A stretch of DNA of 32,000 nucleotides, taken from contig NZ_CP011304.1 of assembly GCF_000981785.2 (NCBI RefSeq), positions 3,480,001 to 3,512,000 of the forward strand, written 5' to 3'. Positions 1 to 8,299 of this stretch are shown piece after piece. Source of the stretch: Microcystis aeruginosa NIES-2549. Lineage in GTDB: Bacteria > Cyanobacteriota > Cyanobacteriia > Cyanobacteriales > Microcystaceae. Numbering within the stretch: the stretch's first letter is position 1; every line of letters begins with the position of its first letter. The notes under the pieces are model-generated. The model had not been told where the DNA came from. It was given only the letters and a program-made list of their open reading frames with translations, and did not search any database. Position numbers and translations under genes: made by a program.

Positions 1-429
1 GTCAATTTCGACTATCCTTAACGATTTCAACGAGAGGGACGGAATCTAGGGGTTACGTTTTTTAGCTGTTAACAGGGCTAATCATTCAACTTACCCGATT
101 TATGTCGCTCTATTCGATTATTACAGAATGTTTACACAATTTGTCAAATATTTTCTCTCGCTCTGGGCTGTCATGGAAAATATAAGTATAACTACTTAAG
201 TATTTGTTCACAGTAAGCAAATTTTTATGAAAACTCTTGCTAAATGTATCATTATATGCTTCTTTGCTTTTGGCGCCGGGGTATCCTAGCCAAGAGAAGG
301 GAAAAAGCAGAACCCTCTCTACAGGTACATTGACACTTTGTCAAGTATTTGTTACATTAGTTAAAAAAGGTGATACCAATCACCCATCTCGCTTGTTATC
401 AACCACTGTCTTCATCGAGGAGGAACACC

Positions 430-630
430 ATGTCTCAACCGATCGAACTTTCCTTAGAACAACAGTTCAACATTCGTTCTTTTCAGACTCAGGTAGAAAA
501 AATGAGTCAGGAGCAAGCGCAGGATTTCCTGATCAAGCTCTACGAACAAATGATGGTCAGGGAAAATATGTACAAAGCTTTTCTCAAACACCAGTGGGGT
601 CTAGATTCTAATCCCTGGGCCCCCCAGTAA
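430..630 (+). CDS. nblA: Phycobilisome degradation protein NblA
   Basis: In frame with track ORF 370..630. Internal ATG at 430 is preceded by GAGGAGGA (417-424). The 66-aa product MSQPIELSLEQQFNIRSFQ...LYEQMMVRENMYKAFL has the size and helix-loop-helix pattern of NblA. Confidence 0.85.
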   Translation: MSQPIELSLEQQFNIRSFQTQVEKMSQEQAQDFLIKLYEQMMVRENMYKAFLKHQWGLDSNPWAPQ

Positions 631-763
631 CTCATTTCACCCCTGCGGGCGACCTCTTTCTCCGGCTGGGTTTCTGCGGAAACGAGCTAGGGATGCGGGG
701 CGCATTTCTTCACCTTTTTAGTTATTCTTAGGGAAGAATAACCGAATTGCTAGGGGTTAATTT

Positions 764-1645
764 ATGTTCGAGCGCGCTTTGATCTGTACAGATCTTTTCG
801 ATGGTCTCCATCGTCTTGTCCATTGTGTGCCACACTTAGCCCTGAGCGGCTTAAAACAAGTTATCTTCCTCCACAGTATTCCGGTTTGGGAACAACCCAC
901 CCTAGCTGCCGTAGATCAAGGAAAAATTGACGCGGCTAAAGAAAAATTATCCCCAGCTTTAGCAAATATTCCCGACGGTATGACAGTTATTGTCGAAATC
1001 TCTAACCGTCGTCCCGTGGATGCCGTGCGGGAAATCCTCGCTCATCACTCTATTGACGTGATTTTGATGGGAAATCCCATGCGCGGTGCTGTCCAAGAAA
1101 AATTATTCGGTAGTACCAGTTTAGCGATCGCAGGTATTACCGATATTCCGCTGCTGATTTTCCGACCGCAATTATTATCAGTTTATACTCACGATGAATT
1201 AGCCCTGCGCTGTCAGCATCTCTGGAAACATTTATTAATTCCCTACGATGGCAGTCCCGACGCGATTTATCTAATTGAACAGATAGAAAAATACGCTCAA
1301 ACTCGCTCCCCTGGCTCTTTTGAGCAATGTCTCCTCGTCCGGGTAGTGGAAAACATCAGTCGCGATCCCAGTGTCACCGAATCTCGTTTAAATGATGCCC
1401 GTCAACAATTAGAATCGGTGCAAGCGCGACTAGAAAAACTCGGTTTGCAAGTACAGAGCCAAGTGCGACAAGGAACACCTGTATTAGAAGTTTTGACGGC
1501 AGCAGAAGAAAATGATATAAGTGCCATCGCAGTGGCTACCTGCCATCGTTCCAATATGTTGGAATGGTTAGCAGTGCGTCGGATTAATGAAGATATTCTT
1601 CATCAACTGTGGTTCCCCTTATTATTTTTCTCCCCCAAGGGATAG
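764..1645 (+). CDS. Universal stress protein family protein (two USP-like halves)
   Basis: 293-aa ORF with two alpha/beta USP-like halves: ALICTDLFDG...VILMGN...GSTS, then LLIPYDGSP...ISAIAVAT. Call is at family level only. Confidence 0.65.
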   Translation: MFERALICTDLFDGLHRLVHCVPHLALSGLKQVIFLHSIPVWEQPTLAAVDQGKIDAAKEKLSPALANIPDGMTVIVEISNRRPVDAVREILAHHSIDVILMGNPMRGAVQEKLFGSTSLAIAGITDIPLLIFRPQLLSVYTHDELALRCQHLWKHLLIPYDGSPDAIYLIEQIEKYAQTRSPGSFEQCLLVRVVENISRDPSVTESRLNDARQQLESVQARLEKLGLQVQSQVRQGTPVLEVLTAAEENDISAIAVATCHRSNMLEWLAVRRINEDILHQLWFPLLFFSPKG

Positions 1646-1657
1646 ACTGGAAAAAAA

Positions 1658-1739
1658 GGCTCTCTTGGGGAGAAACCACAAAGGCACAAAGGACACAGAG
1701 AGGAAGACAGATTCGATCGCTAAAATCTATCACACAAAC
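1658..1739 (+). repeat. Dispersed MITE-like repeat, copy A (GGCTCTCTTGG...AACCACAAAGGCACAAAGGACACA...TATCACACAAAC)
   Basis: Shares both terminal blocks and the ACAAAG-rich core with an inverted copy at 6951..7094. Confidence 0.6.
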
Positions 1740-1836
1740 GACAAGAGAGCCGCAAAAATTTGGGGAAAATTAACTTAAGTAAGTAGTTATAATTAAATTA
1801 AAAATAGATTTTGCCTCTGATCCCCCCTGCCCCCCC

Positions 1837-1894
1837 TAGGGTTGATTCATAGTAGGGTTGATTCATAGTAGGGTTGATTCATGAATCAACCCTA
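1837..1894. repeat. 16-nt tandem repeat TAGGGTTGATTCATAG (x2) followed by a perfect 26-nt palindrome
   Basis: Units at 1837-1852 and 1853-1868. The third unit continues into TAGGGTTGATTCA|TGAATCAACCCTA (1869-1894). The block is flanked by C6 (1831-1836) and G6 (1905-1910). It lies between convergent usp and arsC and could act as a bidirectional terminator. Confidence 0.8.
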
Positions 1895-1930
1895 CCCTTA
1901 ATAAGGGGGGTGTCTGACAACTTTTAAAAC

Positions 1931-2329
1931 CTACCTACTTAACTGCTCGATTAATCCGACAACTTTAGCCTTAATTTCATCGCGAACTCGGCGAAAAGTT
2001 TCCATGGGTTGACCATCGGGATCATCAATTAACCAATCCTCGAAAATTTCCTGTAAAACCCATCCTTCCGGCAGATTGACACCGCAACCACATAGGGAGA
2101 TAACCGCATCGTAATCTTCAGGATTAAAATCCCTAATTGGTTTAGAAGTTTGGTCAGTAATATCGATACCAATTTCCCCCATAACTTCGATTGCTCCGGG
2201 GTGAACTTTGGCCGCTTCTAATCCGGAACTGGTGACAGCAATTTTACCCGCACCTAAAGTTTTAGCGAAACCTTCGGCGATTTGGGAACGACAGGAATTT
2301 TTTCTACAGGCAAACATGACTTTTTTCAT
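1931..2329 (-). CDS. arsC: Arsenate reductase, LMW-PTPase-type, glutaredoxin-coupled (Synechocystis ArsC type)
   Basis: P-loop C8-RKNSC-RS plus Cys80 and Cys82 (SLCGCG) match the Cys8/Cys80/Cys82 pattern of Synechocystis ArsC. It is the last gene of the ars cluster. Confidence 0.9.
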   Translation of the reverse strand: MKKVMFACRKNSCRSQIAEGFAKTLGAGKIAVTSSGLEAAKVHPGAIEVMGEIGIDITDQTSKPIRDFNPEDYDAVISLCGCGVNLPEGWVLQEIFEDWLIDDPDGQPMETFRRVRDEIKAKVVGLIEQLSR

Positions 2330-2352
2330 GATTTTAACTCCTAGAAATTGAT

Positions 2353-3000
2353 TTAATTAATAGCTTTATGGGCAATTGTGGCTATTTCTTTGGCGGCTTT
2401 TTCCTTCCTTTCACTATAGCGATCGGTCAGATAATCTACCTGATCTCGCAGGAGAATGGTAAACTTATAAAGTTCCTCCATCACATCAATAACTCGATCT
2501 CGATAGGGGGAATCTTTCATCGTGCCATCCTCGTGAAACTCCTGATAAGCTTTAGCCACCGAAGATTGATTAGGAATAGTAAACATTCGCATCCAACGAC
2601 CAAGAATTCGCAGAGTGTTAACCGCATTAAAAGATTGGGAACCTCCGCTTACTTGCATAACTGCTAAAGTGCGGCCTTGGGTAGGTCTAACCGCACCAAT
2701 ACTCAAGGGAATCCAATCAATTTGGTTTTTGATAATGCCGCTAATATTGCCGTGAAGTTCGGGAGATGACCAGACTTGACCCTCAGACCATTGACTTAAT
2801 TCTCGTAATTCTTGCACCTTGGCATGAGTATCGGGAACACTGCCATAAATCGGCAATTCACGCGGATCAAAAAAGCGCACTTCTGCCCCATATTCAGTGA
2901 TAATTCTGGCCGCTTCTTCTGCTAATAAACGACTGTAGGAACGTTCGCGTAAAGAACCATACAGGAAAAGAATTCTCGGTTTGTGAGTCGATTGGATCAT
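2353..3000 (-). CDS. arsH: Arsenical resistance protein ArsH (NADPH-dependent FMN reductase)
   Basis: The 215-aa product has [17 protein letters not shown] and [10 protein letters not shown] motifs typical of ArsH. It lies between acr3 and arsC. Confidence 0.9.
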   Translation of the reverse strand: MIQSTHKPRILFLYGSLRERSYSRLLAEEAARIITEYGAEVRFFDPRELPIYGSVPDTHAKVQELRELSQWSEGQVWSSPELHGNISGIIKNQIDWIPLSIGAVRPTQGRTLAVMQVSGGSQSFNAVNTLRILGRWMRMFTIPNQSSVAKAYQEFHEDGTMKDSPYRDRVIDVMEELYKFTILLRDQVDYLTDRYSERKEKAAKEIATIAHKAIN

Positions 3001-3009
3001 GGTGAATAA

Positions 3010-4155
3010 TTATTTATAAGAACTCAAGCAACGAGGATCAAGAAGGGTGGCTTTTTCTGGATCTCTGGGAAACCAAAAGGCGGTTTTTTTACAGAATTCT
3101 ACCAACATTAACATCACAGGTACTTCAATCAATACCCCCACTACTGTCGCTAAAGCAGCCCCCGAATTCAATCCGAATAACATCACCGCAGTGGCGATCG
3201 CTACCTCAAAATGATTACTAGCACCAATTAAAGCAGCGGGAGCGGCATCTTCGTAAACTAAATTGAGTTTGAGAGCGGCCACATAACTAAGTAAAAAAAT
3301 CAGATTAGTTTGAATAAACAGGGGAATAGCAATCAGGAAAATATGCAGGGGATTACTAACAATTAAATCGCCTTTGAAAGCAAAGAGGAGGATTAAGGTT
3401 AACAATAAGGCAGTGATTGCCACAGGACTGAGATAGTGAAGAAAACGCGATTCAAACCAGGCCCGTCCTTTATGTTTAAAAATCCAGTGACGGCTATAGA
3501 TACCAGCAATAAGCGGTAAACCAACGTAGATTAACACAGAAAAAACAATGGTCTGCCAGGGGACTACAAAATTATTAGCTGCCAGTAACCATTTACCTAG
3601 GGGAGCGTAGAGAAAAAGCATCGCTAGGGAATTGACTGCTACCATAATTAGGGTATGACCCTGGTTACTGTAGGAAAGATAGCCCCACATCAAGACCATG
3701 GCCGTGCAGGGAGCAATTCCTAGTAAAATAGCTCCAGCAGTGTAGGAACTAGCTAAACTTACCGTCTGTCCTCGGATAATCTCCGTTTGACTCAACCAAG
3801 GCAGAAACAGCCAGCCGAGAAAAAATTGAGCCAGCGCCACCATGGTAAAGGGTTTGATCAGCCAATTAACCACTAAAGTTAAAATAACTGGTTTGGGAGT
3901 ACGGGCAGCCCGGAGAGCCTGAGAAAAGTCGATCTTAACCATGATCGGATACATCATGAAGAAAAGACAGATGGCGATCGGAATAGAAACGTTATAGATA
4001 CTCATGGCATCTAAAGTCTGCGCTACGTCCGGAAATGACCGACCGAGGGCAATTCCCGCCAAAATACAGAAAATAACCCAAAGGGTAAGATATTTTTCAA
4101 AAACACTCAGGCTACCACCAGCTTTGGCGGCTTTAGGATTGATTTGATTAGTCAT
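3010..4155 (-). CDS. acr3: Arsenite efflux permease, ACR3 family
   Basis: Polytopic membrane protein with ACR3/bile-arsenite-riboflavin transporter-like sequence ([31 protein letters not shown]). The track start 4194 is TTG. The ATG at 4155 (MTNQINPK) is preferred. Confidence 0.88.
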   Translation of the reverse strand: MTNQINPKAAKAGGSLSVFEKYLTLWVIFCILAGIALGRSFPDVAQTLDAMSIYNVSIPIAICLFFMMYPIMVKIDFSQALRAARTPKPVILTLVVNWLIKPFTMVALAQFFLGWLFLPWLSQTEIIRGQTVSLASSYTAGAILLGIAPCTAMVLMWGYLSYSNQGHTLIMVAVNSLAMLFLYAPLGKWLLAANNFVVPWQTIVFSVLIYVGLPLIAGIYSRHWIFKHKGRAWFESRFLHYLSPVAITALLLTLILLFAFKGDLIVSNPLHIFLIAIPLFIQTNLIFLLSYVAALKLNLVYEDAAPAALIGASNHFEVAIATAVMLFGLNSGAALATVVGVLIEVPVMLMLVEFCKKTAFWFPRDPEKATLLDPRCLSSYK

Positions 4156-4280
4156 CGCACAAAGGTGGAAAGGGAATAATGGGAGATTGGGCAACCCACC
4201 TTTATTATTTCAAAAAAAGTTGATATGTCAAGGGTAAAAGCCAGTCATAAAGCTTTAATATTTCTAAAAATCTTGATTGG

Positions 4281-4619
4281 TTACTGATTTTCTTCGCAGA
4301 AACGAGCGGGGACGAGGGCGGCAAAACGACGATATTCCGATAGATATTCTTCTAGGAGAAGAAATTGAGATAGATTTAGGCTGTAGTAGATCCAACGACC
4401 CTCTTGACGACTGCGGACTAAATTGGCTTCTTTTAGCGTTTTTAGGTGAAAAGATAGTTTAGATTGGGCGATATCGAGATGGTCGCGCAATTCACAGACG
4501 CATAATTCCCGATGTCGCAACAGTTGCAGGATTTGCAGTCGCAGGGGGTCAGAGAGTGCCTGAAAACCAGTATAAATCCGGGTTAACGAGTCGGGAGATG
4601 TGGCCAGAGAGTTGAACAT
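4281..4619 (-). CDS. arsR: ArsR/SmtB family metalloregulator
   Basis: Winged-HTH sequence LSDPLRLQILQLL with an ELCVCEL metalloid-binding Cys pair. It lies directly upstream of acr3-arsH-arsC on the same strand. Confidence 0.85.
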   Translation of the reverse strand: MFNSLATSPDSLTRIYTGFQALSDPLRLQILQLLRHRELCVCELRDHLDIAQSKLSFHLKTLKEANLVRSRQEGRWIYYSLNLSQFLLLEEYLSEYRRFAALVPARFCEENQ

Positions 4620-4793
4620 TGAGATTGCCCCTAGTGGGAAGGAAATAGGAAAGCGGGAAAATTCAGAATTGCAACAAAACTTTATGTATTTTTGTATCGA
4701 ATCAGGAAAACCGGCGAATCATCCCCTGTATGATAGACAATGGTTTTGACCAGATTAGCCTTTAAAATCATTGTAGACAGGTTAGGAGACATC

Positions 4794-4913
4794 ATGGAAT
4801 TATTTGCGGCTCTCAATTTAGAACCCATTTTTCAACTCACCTTCGTGGCGCTAATCATGTTAGCTGGCCCCTTTGTCATTTTCCTACTAGCTTTTCGTGG
4901 TGGCGACCTATAA
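4794..4913 (+). CDS. psb30: Photosystem II reaction centre protein Psb30 (Ycf12)
   Basis: 39-codon ORF below the ORF-track cutoff: [45 protein letters not shown] lies at 4784-4789. The single TM helix and the C-terminal R-G-G-x-L match Ycf12. A terminator hairpin follows. Confidence 0.8.
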   Translation: MELFAALNLEPIFQLTFVALIMLAGPFVIFLLAFRGGDL

Positions 4914-4949
4914 AAACTGCCTCCCCCCATTGTTATTCGTGCTTTTTTG

Positions 4950-4980
4950 AAATCTCTCCTCTTTAGGGAGAGATTTTTTG
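4950..4980 (+). terminator. Rho-independent terminator of psb30
   Basis: Perfect 10-bp stem AAATCTCTCC (4950-4959) / GGAGAGATTT (4967-4976), 7-nt loop, then TTTT. Confidence 0.7.
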
Positions 4981-4995
4981 TCTAAAACACAGGAG

Positions 4996-5034
4996 TCAGT
5001 TATCAGTCATCAGTTATCAGTTATCAGTTATCAG
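4996..5034. repeat. STRR-like heptanucleotide array (TCAGTTA)n
   Basis: Five and a half consecutive 7-nt units (TCAGTTA/TCAGTCA), 82 nt downstream of the psb30 stop. Confidence 0.9.
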
Positions 5035-5317
5035 ATGTGACGCGATGTGCAACTAAAAACGACAGAATCAGGGTAGGGTTCCAGAGGATACTTTATCTCT
5101 GCTGATTTCTGAAAGCCTTGTAAATCAAGACTAAAAATATAGTTGCACACGGGGTGATGTGAGTTTTCAGTTCACTGTTTACTGTTTACTGGACGGCTAC
5201 GCCGTGCCTTTGGCAACACTGAAAAAAGCTCCCCACTCCCCATCTCCTAACAATCGACTGCTAAGATCGAAGATAGCGATCGATCTCTCACTGCCACGAT
5301 ACCTGACAAAACTATCT

Positions 5318-6874
5318 ATGATCATTAAAAATAACCCCTATTATCGGGCTGTAATCGGCTTTTGGGTGGCTTTCCTTGTGTTTTGGGGTTTTGGGAGTTT
5401 CTCACCCCTTCTTGCCCAAGCGAAAGAGGAACCAGCCGATGTACAATCGATTACCCCCTACCTTAAGCAATTTCAACAAAAAATTACCGAATTTCGCCTC
5501 GATAACGGACTAAAATTTATTATCCTAGAAAATCGCGATGCCCCTGTTATTTCCTTTGTCACCTACGCGGATGTGGGAGGTGCTGATGAACCAGACGGTA
5601 AAACAGGAGTTGCTCACTTTTTGGAACATTTAGCCTTTAAAGGCACAAAAACCATTGGTACTAGCGATTATCTTAGCGAGAAAAAAGTCCTCGATCGCCT
5701 TGAAGCTATAGACAAAGAACTGCAAGCGGCCAAAAAAGCGGGTAAAAGCGCAGAAGTGGCCAAATTAACGGAAGAATTTCAAAAAACTAAGGCAGAGTCC
5801 GAGAAATTCGTCCAACGCAACGAATACGGGCAAATCGTCGAAACTCAGGGGGGAGTCGGTTTAAATGCCACCACTTCCACCGATGCAACTAGCTATTTTT
5901 ACAGTTTCCCGTCGAATAAATTGGAATTATGGATGTCTTTGGAATCGGAACGATTTTTAGAACCGGTGTTCCAACGGGAATTTTACAAAGAAAAAGACGT
6001 AATTCTAGAAGAAAGACGGATGCGGACGGATAATAGCCCCTTGGGTCTATTAATCGAAGCTTTTCTCGATCAAGCTTATACTGTCCATCCCTACAAACGT
6101 CCCGTTATCGGCTACGATCGAGATATTCGCAATCTGGAACCCTCGGATATCCAAAACTTTTTCGATAAATTTTATCCTGCCAGTAATTTAACCATAGCTA
6201 TCGCCGGGGATGTGGACCCAGAACAGGTCAAACAGTTAGCTAAGGTTTATTTTGGTCGTTTTCCCGCTAAACCAAAACCCCCACAGGTGACAGTAGTGGA
6301 ACCGGACCAAACCAAAACAAAGGAAATTACCCTAAAATTAGCCTCGCAGCCTTGGTATTTAGAAGGATACCATCGTCCCGCCCTCAATCATCCCGATCAT
6401 GCGGTTTACGAGGTTATCGCCACTTTAATGAGTGAAGGAAGAACTTCGCGACTGTATAAAGCTTTAGTGGAGGACAGACAACTTGCCCTCGCTGCCCAGG
6501 GATTTAACGGCTTTCCGGGAGATAAATACCCGAATTTGCTGTTATTCTATGCTCTGAGCGCTCCTAATGTCAGTGTAGAGGAAGTAGCGCAGGGTTTGAA
6601 TTTGGAGTTGGAAAGATTGAAAAATGAACCGGTTTCGGAACAGGAATTAGAACGGGTTAAAAATCAACTACGGGCAGCCCTATTAAGAGGTCTTGATTCT
6701 AACATGGGCATGGCGCGATCCTTGATTGAATACGAGGTAAAAACCGGCGATTGGCGTAATTTATTCGCCCAATTAGATGCTTATAATGCTGTCACCGCTG
6801 CCGATATTCAACGGGTGGCTAAAGAGACTTTTACCCCGGAAAATCGCACTATTGGCCGAATTTTACCGAAATAG
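5318..6874 (+). CDS. M16 (pitrilysin/insulinase) family zinc peptidase with N-terminal membrane or signal segment
   Basis: Inverted zinc motif HFLEH (HxxEH) and a downstream EERR region. The track start 5159 is GTG and lies inside heptamer-like repeat sequence. The ATG at 5318 (MIIKNNPYYRAVIGFWVAFLVFW) gives a hydrophobic N-terminus. Confidence 0.85.
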   Translation: MIIKNNPYYRAVIGFWVAFLVFWGFGSFSPLLAQAKEEPADVQSITPYLKQFQQKITEFRLDNGLKFIILENRDAPVISFVTYADVGGADEPDGKTGVAHFLEHLAFKGTKTIGTSDYLSEKKVLDRLEAIDKELQAAKKAGKSAEVAKLTEEFQKTKAESEKFVQRNEYGQIVETQGGVGLNATTSTDATSYFYSFPSNKLELWMSLESERFLEPVFQREFYKEKDVILEERRMRTDNSPLGLLIEAFLDQAYTVHPYKRPVIGYDRDIRNLEPSDIQNFFDKFYPASNLTIAIAGDVDPEQVKQLAKVYFGRFPAKPKPPQVTVVEPDQTKTKEITLKLASQPWYLEGYHRPALNHPDHAVYEVIATLMSEGRTSRLYKALVEDRQLALAAQGFNGFPGDKYPNLLLFYALSAPNVSVEEVAQGLNLELERLKNEPVSEQELERVKNQLRAALLRGLDSNMGMARSLIEYEVKTGDWRNLFAQLDAYNAVTAADIQRVAKETFTPENRTIGRILPK

Positions 6875-6898
6875 AGAGATGGGGAGATAGGCGATTTT

Positions 6899-6926
6899 TC
6901 AGTGAGCAGTATTAGGTGAGCATTCC
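6899..6926. repeat. Degenerate heptamer array (TCAGTGA GCAGTAT TAGGTGA GCATTCC)
   Basis: 7-nt periodicity related to the CAGTNAN family, 24 nt after the M16 peptidase stop. Confidence 0.5.
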
Positions 6927-6950
6927 CTGAAAAAAAAGCTACCTTCTCTC

Positions 6951-7094
6951 CTCTTCTAGGTTCTGTGTGATAAGTTTAACTTACAATATGATCGATCGAT
7001 CTTTGTGTCCTTTGTGTCTTTGTGGTTCGTTCCACCCCCTCGCTAGGAGGAATGTATCTTAGAATACATTTTACCCACCAAATCCAAGAGAGCC
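6951..7094 (-). repeat. Dispersed MITE-like repeat, copy B (inverted, with about 60-nt internal insertion)
   Basis: The reverse complement reads GGCTCTCTTGG...AACCACAAAGACACAAAGGACACAAAGATCGATCG...TATCACACAGAAC, matching copy A at 1658..1739. It contains an internal hairpin AATGTAT/ATACATT. Confidence 0.6.
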
Positions 7095-7145
7095 CCTTCT
7101 CTCCTCCCCAGTGCAGTCTTAACAAGTAATTTAGATACCAGTTAA

Positions 7146-7547
7146 TCACCCACTGCAGGATCGCAGAATCCAACCCAGTAAGACTCCAATACCACCAAAG
7201 CGGACAATTTGCCAAAAAACTTCCCCCAGCAGTCCGCGACGGATTCCTTCCCAGAATAGGCGCTTTAATTCCCCTTCTTTGAGTAAATTGCTTTCTAAAA
7301 TTACCTCTAATTCTTGAATCTGTTCGCGAATTTGTACCAATTCCTTTTCTAGTTCAGGTAGGGGATTTTCCCGCCATTGGGGTTCTATTTGGCTAAATTG
7401 TGCCTCTAGGTCTTTTTTTTGCTGTTCTGCTTCTTTGATCTGTCGATAACGGTCTTTTAGTGCTGCGATCGCCGCTTCGACTTCTTCAATCGCTTGGGTA
7501 AATTCTGCCGATTCATCGTTAGGGTATGGGTTTTCTTCTAAGGACAT
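7146..7547 (-). CDS. Hypothetical coiled-coil protein with C-terminal transmembrane anchor
   Basis: 133-aa ORF with a charged heptad-like region (KDRYRQIKEAEQQKKDLEAQ...IREQIQELEVILE) followed by a hydrophobic tail VFWQIVRFGGIGVLLGWIL. No family recognised. Confidence 0.55.
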   Translation of the reverse strand: MSLEENPYPNDESAEFTQAIEEVEAAIAALKDRYRQIKEAEQQKKDLEAQFSQIEPQWRENPLPELEKELVQIREQIQELEVILESNLLKEGELKRLFWEGIRRGLLGEVFWQIVRFGGIGVLLGWILRSCSG

Positions 7548-7619
7548 GGACTCGATGCGATTTCCTGCGTCTAAACTATAGTTATAGACGATTTTACGGT
7601 TTTACGAAACCTTTTGATT

Positions 7620-7901
7620 ATGATTCCATCCCCTGTCTCTTCCTCATCTCAGACTATTGATCATCTATCTACCCTGGAATTAGCGCGGATTTTGGCGGAA
7701 CGTTTGGCGATCGCACCGATTGACTGGCATCGTCTGAAGGCCAACCGTAATGCTCGGGCTGCTGAACAATTAGGGACGGCTTTAGTGTTTTTATTAGATA
7801 ATCAGCCAGAAGAAGCACTTCCTCGGCTACAACAGGCTACAGGCTGGCTCGATCGCTCGATTTCTGCTCCTCCCTGTCCTTCTCACGGTCATGGTCATTA
7901 A
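7620..7901 (+). CDS. Hypothetical protein
   Basis: The track ORF starts at TTG 7614; the first ATG is at 7620. Product ends ...APPCPSHGHGH. No family recognised. Its stop shares a TTAA tetranucleotide with the stop of the convergent kinase gene. Confidence 0.45.
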   Translation: MIPSPVSSSSQTIDHLSTLELARILAERLAIAPIDWHRLKANRNARAAEQLGTALVFLLDNQPEEALPRLQQATGWLDRSISAPPCPSHGHGH

Positions 7902-8299
7902 TTCAACCAGCGTTCCTGCTTAATTTGCTTACAAAGTTTCAGTTGGGTTCCTTGTTGATTCCAGTGAACTTGGTCGAAGATTTGATATAACATACACAGT
8001 CCTCGGCCATTTTCCGCTTCTTCGGGGGGAAAATCGGGGCAATCGCAACTACAGCCATGATGGTGACAACGGGGAGTAAATCCACAACCTTCGTCGGTAA
8101 TTACCCAAGAATACTCGTCTTTACTGCTAGAAAATTGAACGACCACGGTTTTGGTAGGATCGAGATGATTGCCGTGTTTAGCGGCATTAACTAAAGCTTC
8201 TTGCAATCCTAATCTAATTTCTGGTTCTAATTCTTCGGGAATACTAGCGGTCAATAAATCTAAAATCGGACAAAGATACAAGGTGGAAGCGAAACTCAT
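7898..8299 (-). CDS. RsbW/SpoIIAB-like anti-sigma regulatory factor (GHKL Ser/Thr kinase) with Cys/His-rich ATP-lid insert
   Basis: N box EALVNAAKHGN, G1 box DEGCGF, G2 box GRGL. ATG at 8299 (MSFASTLYL) is preferred over the 8344 start. Confidence 0.75.
   Translation of the reverse strand: MSFASTLYLCPILDLLTASIPEELEPEIRLGLQEALVNAAKHGNHLDPTKTVVVQFSSSKDEYSWVITDEGCGFTPRCHHHGCSCDCPDFPPEEAENGRGLCMLYQIFDQVHWNQQGTQLKLCKQIKQERWLN

Noticed and set aside
1-236. Possible gene end or RNA gene at the left edge of the window
   Set aside because: There is no ORF, tRNA-like cloverleaf or convincing hairpin. It is treated as AT-rich intergenic and promoter DNA upstream of nblA.
237-611. 124-aa track ORF overlapping nblA in another frame
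   Set aside because: It shows no recognisable family and an odd composition. The overlapping frame encodes a clear NblA with a good RBS.
1587-1778. 63-aa ORF after usp, and the 79-aa ORF 6976..7215
   Set aside because: Both run through the ACAAAG-rich dispersed repeat copies. Their K/T/Q/R-rich translations are repeat artefacts.
2368-2667. Antisense or alternative-frame ORFs inside known genes: 2368..2667, 4277..4462, 8169..8396, 8592..8801, 9523..9705, 9702..9920, 9890..10102, 13962..14168, 14181..14417, 15388..15651, 19042..19233, 19483..19713, 24164..24358, 27756..27998, 27793..27978, 28049..28261, 28103..28300
   Set aside because: Each lies within, or substantially overlaps, a well-supported CDS on the opposite strand or in another frame, and none has a recognisable motif. 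They are typical shadow ORFs.
5159-5317. N-terminal 53-codon extension of the M16 peptidase from a GTG start
   Set aside because: The extension is encoded by heptamer-like repeat DNA (GTGAGTTTTCAGTTCACTGTTTACTG). The ATG at 5318 yields a normal hydrophobic leader.
7898-7901. Convergent genes sharing a TTAA so that both stop codons overlap
   Set aside because: The overlap is real but trivial, a palindromic TAA/TTA overlap. There is no evidence of regulatory meaning.
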